From positions 2,712 to 66,711 of the IMG/VR virus record IMGVR_UViG_2937460283_000002: a stretch of DNA of 64,000 bases; one strand, written 5' to 3'. Shown one piece after another: positions 58,516 through 64,000 of this stretch. Both the position numbers and the translations under genes were made by a program. The stretch comes from a virus. Its lineage: Duplodnaviria > Caudoviricetes. Below the pieces are notes generated by a model. The model searched no databases. It saw only the letters and a program-made list of their open reading frames with translations, and had not been told where the DNA came from. Positions within the stretch are counted from its first letter, which is position 1, and each line of letters opens with the position of its first letter.

Positions 58516-59394
58516 TTATGCTCCTTCATCTAATGCTGGGGCGGTATGAGAATATGGGTGACCCACGCTATCCGCCCAAATCATATTGTCACCATGATCG
58601 CCTGTGCCAACGTAAGGTAAAGCAATAGCCACTTTCATTTTGCCTAAGCCTCTAAAGTAAGGCTGATGGCACCCCCCCCAACCAGTACGTGTGGCATGTT
58701 TGTACTGCCAGCCTTTGCCAACATCATTGGCACTAACTCGAATATTTGCCGAACGGTTTTGTGACGGGTAGAACGCAAGACTCCCCGATTGCTCAAGCAC
58801 GTTAACCCAGCAACTAGCCTGAGTTAAAAATTCCCCTTTACTCCAACCGGTGAATGTTGGGCAGCCTTGGTTTAAAACAAATAGCAGCCCTAAGTTTTCA
58901 TCCGTAGTCATCCCTTTGGTTAGGTCAACATCGAATACTAAAATTCTGAAATTACTGCCGTAATAAGTGTCATTATCTGAGCGGTAGTTACCTAAAGCAC
59001 GATGAAATTCATTGTTTGGCTCAAAGCCATGCTCTGAAAGCATTTTATTTGTAAGCTTTGTCACCGTTGCAGTGCCCTCCGTGCCTTGGTAATAAAAGCA
59101 GCTCCAAGGCGCAGAATGAGACTGCATCACATCTACTGGTGTGCCAAAATCTTGATCTGAGTTAATTTTTGAAAAGAGCTTAGTATCAGATAAGTTGTTC
59201 GGAGCCAATGGCAACGCTTTTTGAAAACTGGCTATTTTACTCTCAACGGCTTGCTCCTTAGCCGCAAGCCTACTATCAATTTCTTGCGATTTTTGATTCA
59301 GCGTGCTCGTAATGTCTGCAATCTTGCTGTCTACCGTGTCTGTAAGTCGATCGGTTGAATCTATCAAGCGACCAATATCTTGCTCTAATGCCAT
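58516..59394 (-). CDS. Fibre/receptor-binding protein (cassette 1)
   Basis: MALEQDIGRLIDSTDRLTDTVDSKI coiled coil, then a beta-rich domain. Confidence 0.65.
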   Translation of the reverse strand: MALEQDIGRLIDSTDRLTDTVDSKIADITSTLNQKSQEIDSRLAAKEQAVESKIASFQKALPLAPNNLSDTKLFSKINSDQDFGTPVDVMQSHSAPWSCFYYQGTEGTATVTKLTNKMLSEHGFEPNNEFHRALGNYRSDNDTYYGSNFRILVFDVDLTKGMTTDENLGLLFVLNQGCPTFTGWSKGEFLTQASCWVNVLEQSGSLAFYPSQNRSANIRVSANDVGKGWQYKHATRTGWGGCHQPYFRGLGKMKVAIALPYVGTGDHGDNMIWADSVGHPYSHTAPALDEGA

Positions 59395-59420
59395 GATATT
59401 TCCTTTTGGTTTTTAAAAAT

Positions 59421-59441
59421 AAAAAAACCGCTCAAAAGCGG
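59421..59441 (-). terminator. Intrinsic terminator
   Basis: ccgcttttgagcgg followed by ttttttt. Confidence 0.65.
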
Positions 59442-59464
59442 CCTCGTATATTTACTGCTTGTAT

Positions 59465-59779
59465 CTAATGTGAGTCGTCGCAATATCGTGCCTGAATCGC
59501 AGTACGTGCATCTAGCCATAGTTTTTTAGCGCTAACGGTTTGTTCGTGACTATCACCATATTGTGCTTGCATGGCCAGATATTTAAATGCAAGTCCGTCA
59601 GATTCCATTTGATATGCATGGCTTCTTGCTGCTTTACATTGTGCTCTTTTTTGGATCTGCTTGGCTTGTTCAAAGGCGGCTTTAGACGCTAAAGGCACAC
59701 ATTGTGCTCCTAATGTATGAGTATTATCATTACCTTGTTCAGTTTCCGCATTGATTATCATTTGTTGTAATTCCTGCAT
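59465..59779 (-). CDS. Probable fibre chaperone (paralogue of 58208..58513)
   Basis: RSHAYQMESDGLAF...WLDARTAIQARY. Confidence 0.6.
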   Translation of the reverse strand: MQELQQMIINAETEQGNDNTHTLGAQCVPLASKAAFEQAKQIQKRAQCKAARSHAYQMESDGLAFKYLAMQAQYGDSHEQTVSAKKLWLDARTAIQARYCDDSH

Positions 59780-59815
59780 CGCTATCCTTCCTCTCACTTA
59801 TTGATACAATATTAT

Positions 59816-60340
59816 TTAAAGTACACCCGCATCCATCAACGCAAATTTTTGCTTGAGGTGGCGGACCATATTGCCGATTTGTGCTGCGCCTAGTTTGGCA
59901 AGCTCGGGGGCAATTAAAATGTTGAGATTAACGCCTTGGTCAATCACCGTGATTGAGTCAGCGGGTACACCGGTTAGCACCAAGTCAAACGCCAGTAGCA
60001 AATCGACTTCGGCTGATTTATAAGCAATGGGTTTATCAGGATTTGAATAAACCGCAAACAAGGTGCCGTCTTCTAAGTAAAAGCCGACTTCGTTGACCCA
60101 AAAGTTATGGTCCGTGTCGTCAATCACACTCATATGAATTTGTGCGTTGCCTTTGTCTTCTCCACTGGCAACTGAAATTCGATGTACTTCTGCTTGTAAT
60201 GCACTGCGGCTTTGATCAGGCGTGTAGTTACCTGTGCCTAAGCCGATTTTGTTAATTTTGGCTTGAAAGCCATTTTTGTCTGAATTAAACACCGCCTCCA
60301 ATCCGGCGGTGGTGATGGTTGGCCGTAAAATTGTGCTCAC
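59816..60340 (-). CDS. Tail-collar fibre adaptor, cassette 1
   Basis: ITTAGLEAV...IGLGTGNYTP...VNEVGFYLEDGTLFAVYS; GTG start with GGAG RBS. Confidence 0.85.
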   Translation of the reverse strand: MSTILRPTITTAGLEAVFNSDKNGFQAKINKIGLGTGNYTPDQSRSALQAEVHRISVASGEDKGNAQIHMSVIDDTDHNFWVNEVGFYLEDGTLFAVYSNPDKPIAYKSAEVDLLLAFDLVLTGVPADSITVIDQGVNLNILIAPELAKLGAAQIGNMVRHLKQKFALMDAGVL

Positions 60341-60466
60341 TGCACTTACTCCTTGTTTCAATAGAAATAAAAGCAGTTACACGGCATGCACTGTGGTAAC
60401 TTACACCTAATTTGAAAGCCGCTGGGCAATGTGTGGGTAAACCAAAAAGCGATTGCCGAGAGGTAA

Positions 60467-61366
60467 CTACTTGTTTGGATATAGATAAAAGCGCCCAACG
60501 CTGATGCGCCGGTTACTAAAATGACAACCTGCTGCAAGCTGTGATTGCAAGTAGTAGCAACCCGCTGGCAGCTTTTGGTCGCTCGTCATATAAAATCGCC
60601 CTACCGTATGGCGCTGATTATTCAAATGTACGCCAAGCGCCACGGTATCTTGTAATCTTGCGTCAACCGCCTTTGTTGCCCCTCGCTGACGATTTACAGC
60701 GTAGCGCCCGTGGCTACTGACCGTTAAACCTGCCGTTATTTCGCTGGGGGCAGCCTTAGCAGGCAAGGTATTGTAGTTAATTCGCCCTACCTGCAAGCCA
60801 CTACTGGTGGTTGCAACCGTGATACCTAAATCTAGCTTAGCGCCAACTAAAAAGTTAAAGTGCGCTCGCTGTGGCTTGGTCTGGTTGGTCACTCGGTTAA
60901 TTGCTTTATAAAGCGCGTCAGATAGCGCGACTTGCTGACTGGTGTATACCTGCTCATTAGCCCAAGTGATAAAGGTAAAGGTATTTGGCTCTTTGCTATG
61001 TACTGGTATCAAAGCAGTGTTATCTACATCCTCAAACCATTCAAAAAATTCGATAACGACACCCAAAGACTTCAGTGCGCGTTTAACTGCGCCTACCGTG
61101 CCTTTGTGCTTATGAATGGCCACTGAGTTTTTGATCAGCGCACGTTTTGCCTCTACTGGCCACTGCTCATCCCAATCATCAACTGACAAACTCCATGCTA
61201 ACCAAGGCAATAATTTTTCAGGACAAGTATCAGGGTGCCAGTGCTTTGCAACATAATCAGGTATCGGTTTTACATCATCAAAGTAGGTCGCTCGCTCATG
61301 CGCTTGTTCAAACTTGCTGGCATTTGGCGCTAATAAAGACTTAAAGTCTTGTTTGGTGTTAGACAT
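60467..61366 (-). CDS. gpI-like tail protein, cassette 1
   Basis: LLAPNAS...WHPDTCPEKLLPWLAWSLSVDDWD...HKHKGTVGAV. Confidence 0.93.
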   Translation of the reverse strand: MSNTKQDFKSLLAPNASKFEQAHERATYFDDVKPIPDYVAKHWHPDTCPEKLLPWLAWSLSVDDWDEQWPVEAKRALIKNSVAIHKHKGTVGAVKRALKSLGVVIEFFEWFEDVDNTALIPVHSKEPNTFTFITWANEQVYTSQQVALSDALYKAINRVTNQTKPQRAHFNFLVGAKLDLGITVATTSSGLQVGRINYNTLPAKAAPSEITAGLTVSSHGRYAVNRQRGATKAVDARLQDTVALGVHLNNQRHTVGRFYMTSDQKLPAGCYYLQSQLAAGCHFSNRRISVGRFYLYPNK

Positions 61367-61375
61367 GCGCTGCTC

Positions 61376-62200
61376 CTACAAGTATTCAATGTTGATTGCA
61401 TCAGCCACTGCCGCTTCATCAATACCGCAAGGAAGATCATCCACAGGTTCAAAAAGCTTTACTTTACGAACGCCTGCCTGATGCAACATGTCGATAATTC
61501 CAGAATGGGGTATTTCTTGCCCTAGTTTGTAATGCTCACTAATAAAGGTCTTTAACTTGCGGTTGATTTGTTCACTGACCTGCGTTTTATCCGCTAACTC
61601 GTTTAAATAAACTTGTGCATTGATCTGGTAGGTCTTTGGCTCAACGTTATGCACTTTTACCAAGTCAGTTAATGGCCTAATGTCGTCATTATTTAAATGC
61701 GCTCTAACTTGGCTTATCACCTCAATTGGGTCGACGCCTTGTTGTGGTAACACTTTTACATCCACAACCCCTGGCATAGATGAATACACATAAACATCTT
61801 TTACATCTTGGCTAGCCGCCATGGTTTGGTATTCATAAGCGCCCATGGTGCCCGCCATACTATAACTCTCTAAAGACAGTGGAATACGCTGACGGTATCG
61901 CTCATCGTCTTCATTTTGTGAGCGCTCAACCCCAAATAAGCGACCTAAATGATCTAGGTCTTTACCTTTTGCGTAAGCTACCATCACTGAACGAGCCGCA
62001 TCATTGATACGTTGACGAAGTAATAATTCTCTTGTAGCCGCAATTTCTAACAATTTAACGGCAGGGTCAGACACCAACGGCGTATAATCCGGTAGTTCAT
62101 CGAGCAATGAATCGTACATTTGCTGATAGATTGCTTGGTAATCTAAATTTTCAATCACATCTGGCACCGCCAAGCGTGATAGCTCAATTGCATTGTTCAC
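61376..62200 (-). CDS. Baseplate wedge gpJ-like, cassette 1
   Basis: IELSRLAVPDVIE...SDP...RINDAA...SMAGTMGAYEY...IRPLTDLV. Confidence 0.93.
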   Translation of the reverse strand: MNNAIELSRLAVPDVIENLDYQAIYQQMYDSLLDELPDYTPLVSDPAVKLLEIAATRELLLRQRINDAARSVMVAYAKGKDLDHLGRLFGVERSQNEDDERYRQRIPLSLESYSMAGTMGAYEYQTMAASQDVKDVYVYSSMPGVVDVKVLPQQGVDPIEVISQVRAHLNNDDIRPLTDLVKVHNVEPKTYQINAQVYLNELADKTQVSEQINRKLKTFISEHYKLGQEIPHSGIIDMLHQAGVRKVKLFEPVDDLPCGIDEAAVADAINIEYL

Positions 62201-62306
62201 AAGTAACTCCTTTTGGGTATAACTAGGTGCCGCGTGTTCATTGAAGTACACACAATAAGATTAATAAATGATGTTTAGTGGTGGTGTTTGGTGTTTGGTG
62301 TGTTGT

Positions 62307-62555
62307 TTATTCGCTGCGAAGATTGCTACCAAGCAGAGTATCGAGCTTTTTATCGATAGAATCTAAGCGTTTTTCAATGCGTTTTTGGTCTTCATTGCGG
62401 ATTTGCTTTAGATGGTTTAATTCTTGCGAATTGGTTGTGATCCGTTTATCTAAATCCCCTAAATAGAGGATCCCTGATACCAGCAATGTTACCGTTGTAA
62501 TAATATGGGCTAAATTGAGCTCCTTCTTCATTTGCCAATGCTCTGGTTGACTCAT
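62307..62555 (-). CDS. Small single-TM lysis-cassette protein
   Basis: One hydrophobic helix plus a coiled coil (RLDSIDKKLD); follows the holin. Confidence 0.55.
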   Translation of the reverse strand: MSQPEHWQMKKELNLAHIITTVTLLVSGILYLGDLDKRITTNSQELNHLKQIRNEDQKRIEKRLDSIDKKLDTLLGSNLRSE

Positions 62556-62959
62556 TTAGCGACCCCTTTGATTTTTTCAACCGTTCGTAACCCCGCGAGC
62601 CCTAACATGCCTAAAGTTAGCTCAAGCATGACTTCTAGTGGGAGTTCTGGTGCGCCAACTTCTGGCCACAACCATTGCAAAATCGGATTCACCACAAAAG
62701 AGAACAAAAAGCCAAACCCACAAACCCAGAGCAAAAATGGTCGCGCGCCGGCAACAAACACACTGCGATGAGACGCACTTAACGCATTAATTTGTGCTTG
62801 CACCTGTGCAGATTTGGCGACGAGTCTTGCCTTGAGTAAATCTTGCTTTAGGACTTCTTCTTCACTTGTAAATAGTTCATCTAAAATATTGCCCACTGTT
62901 TGGATAGGATCTTGACTGGTTGTGCTAAATAACTTAGCCAGCAACCCCATCATTGCCAT
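62552..62959 (-). CDS. Holin (3TM gene-transfer-release type)
   Basis: FVAGARPFLLWVCG...GMLGLAGLRTVEKIKG. Confidence 0.85.
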   Translation of the reverse strand: MAMMGLLAKLFSTTSQDPIQTVGNILDELFTSEEEVLKQDLLKARLVAKSAQVQAQINALSASHRSVFVAGARPFLLWVCGFGFLFSFVVNPILQWLWPEVGAPELPLEVMLELTLGMLGLAGLRTVEKIKGVAK

Positions 62960-63366
62960 TCCCCTGTGAGCATCTGCTTAGCAAGCTCATTGGCTCGATT
63001 TGGCACTTGATTTGCCCAGCGGCTGTTAAGCATCTCTAATGCGGCTTGCTCATAATTGCCATTTTCAATGTGCTTGATCATTTTCTTAAAGCCCATTAAG
63101 CCATTAATGCCAAGATTGAATGCCATATTGATAAGTACAGCTAGACGTGCTTCATTGCATTTGCCGACATCAATACGGCGCTTTACGCCCGCTTTTGCCT
63201 CTTGCACATCATGAGCAAGCAGCTGCTCTGCTTCTTCCTCATCAACGCCGTTATCATCTAGGTTTCGCCCATAGCCAATGGTAAGCTTACCTCCCGTACA
63301 ATAATAAGGGTACTGTTTGTACCCTTCGTGCTTTTTGATCTGTTCGACCGTGATCATCAGCGACAT
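62950..63366 (-). CDS. Endolysin (T4-lysozyme-like, GH24)
   Basis: HEG....Y...GKLTIGYGRNL...NMAFNLG...EMLNSRWANQVPNRA. Confidence 0.92.
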   Translation of the reverse strand: MSLMITVEQIKKHEGYKQYPYYCTGGKLTIGYGRNLDDNGVDEEEAEQLLAHDVQEAKAGVKRRIDVGKCNEARLAVLINMAFNLGINGLMGFKKMIKHIENGNYEQAALEMLNSRWANQVPNRANELAKQMLTGEWQ

Positions 63367-63375
63367 AGTTACCCC

Positions 63376-63747
63376 TTATACACTATTAAGGTTGGCCGAA
63401 AACTCAGCCAACAAACTGCGCTCAGCTTTAACGAGCCAAAACTCTGCTGAACGTTTTGAGTCAAACCCAACCAATTTTGCCGCATCAGCCAAAGTGCCTG
63501 TCATCAAATAACGAGCACGAATTGCCCTTATACACTCTGGTCTAAGTGCCGCAATGAGTTGGGTGATTAACTCGATTTCGGTTGGTACAGACATAGACTC
63601 TGCACCTGCAAATCCCCCTGTCGGTCTACCAAACGATTCACTGATAGAAGTGCTTTTAAAACCTTTACCGAATTCTCTGGCTTTCCAAAAGTTGCCCCAG
63701 CGTTTAAGTGCACTACGAACTTGCTTAATCGTTATGTGAGTCGTCAT
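63376..63747 (-). CDS. Putative antitermination protein Q (phage 21/933W type)
   Basis: LKRWGNFW and LVKAERSL resemble Q21-family LERWGAW and LQKAEG; C-terminal HTH; directly upstream of lysis genes. Confidence 0.65.
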   Translation of the reverse strand: MTTHITIKQVRSALKRWGNFWKAREFGKGFKSTSISESFGRPTGGFAGAESMSVPTEIELITQLIAALRPECIRAIRARYLMTGTLADAAKLVGFDSKRSAEFWLVKAERSLLAEFSANLNSV

Positions 63748-64000
63748 GATTAATCTTTCCAATTACATCTAAAATATCGAGTAAATATACGTCTTCAACT
63801 AGGCTGATAACGTCATTCCAACGGGGGTCAAACTCTCTGTTTTCCCAACGTCTGAGCGTTCGCTCTTCAATCCCATAACTGGCTGCCGATTCAGCCTGTG
63901 TAAACCCCCTCAAGCGGCGAGCGAAGCGCAGTATTTCACCACCCCTAGGGGTTTTTCTTGAGGTAAAAATTCGCGCAGAGTTAACTGGTGATTGAGTCAT
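63725..64000 (-). CDS. XRE-family HTH regulator (start at window edge)
   Basis: LRFARRLRGFTQAESAASYGIEERTLRRWEN. Confidence 0.85.
   Translation of the reverse strand: MTQSPVNSARIFTSRKTPRGGEILRFARRLRGFTQAESAASYGIEERTLRRWENREFDPRWNDVISLVEDVYLLDILDVIGKINHDDSHND

Noticed and set aside
7394-60340. Invertase-driven fibre shufflon
   Set aside because: All cassettes are co-oriented, full-length genes with their own starts and no recombinase is seen. The GGTCA-N4-TGACC sites have fixed spacing to -10 boxes, which fits promoters better than crossover sites.
1-64000. Intact prophage
   Set aside because: Regulator and lysis genes lead straight into baseplate genes; no capsid, portal, terminase or integrase lies in the window. 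The flanks cannot be seen.

Overview
Almost the whole window is one co-oriented (minus-strand) cluster of phage-tail genes with no capsid, portal, terminase, integrase or replication gene visible, so it reads as a tailocin (phage tail-like bacteriocin) locus. The host is probably a marine gammaproteobacterium such as Pseudoalteromonas; that is inference only. In transcription order (right to left): an XRE-HTH gene, a Q21-like antiterminator, a lysis cassette, five separate P2-like baseplate-wedge cassettes (gpJ, gpI, short tail-collar adaptor) each with its own fibre/receptor-binding and chaperone genes, a non-contractile (siphovirus/F-type) tail module nested between cassettes 2 and 3, and finally one contractile core (gpV, PAAR, gpW, sheath, tube, gpE/E', tape measure running off the left edge). 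Six internal putative promoters share one architecture: a 16-bp GGTCA-N4-TGACC palindrome, exactly 21 bp, a TAnnnT -10 box, then after 5 bp a second -10-like hexamer. Most are followed by a terminator-containing leader, which suggests module-wise Q-type antitermination control. Two -1 frameshift tail-chaperone genes, REP-like arrays (some inside terminator-like stems) and several tandem repeats are also present. All product calls come from recognising motifs and gene order by eye; no database search was run.
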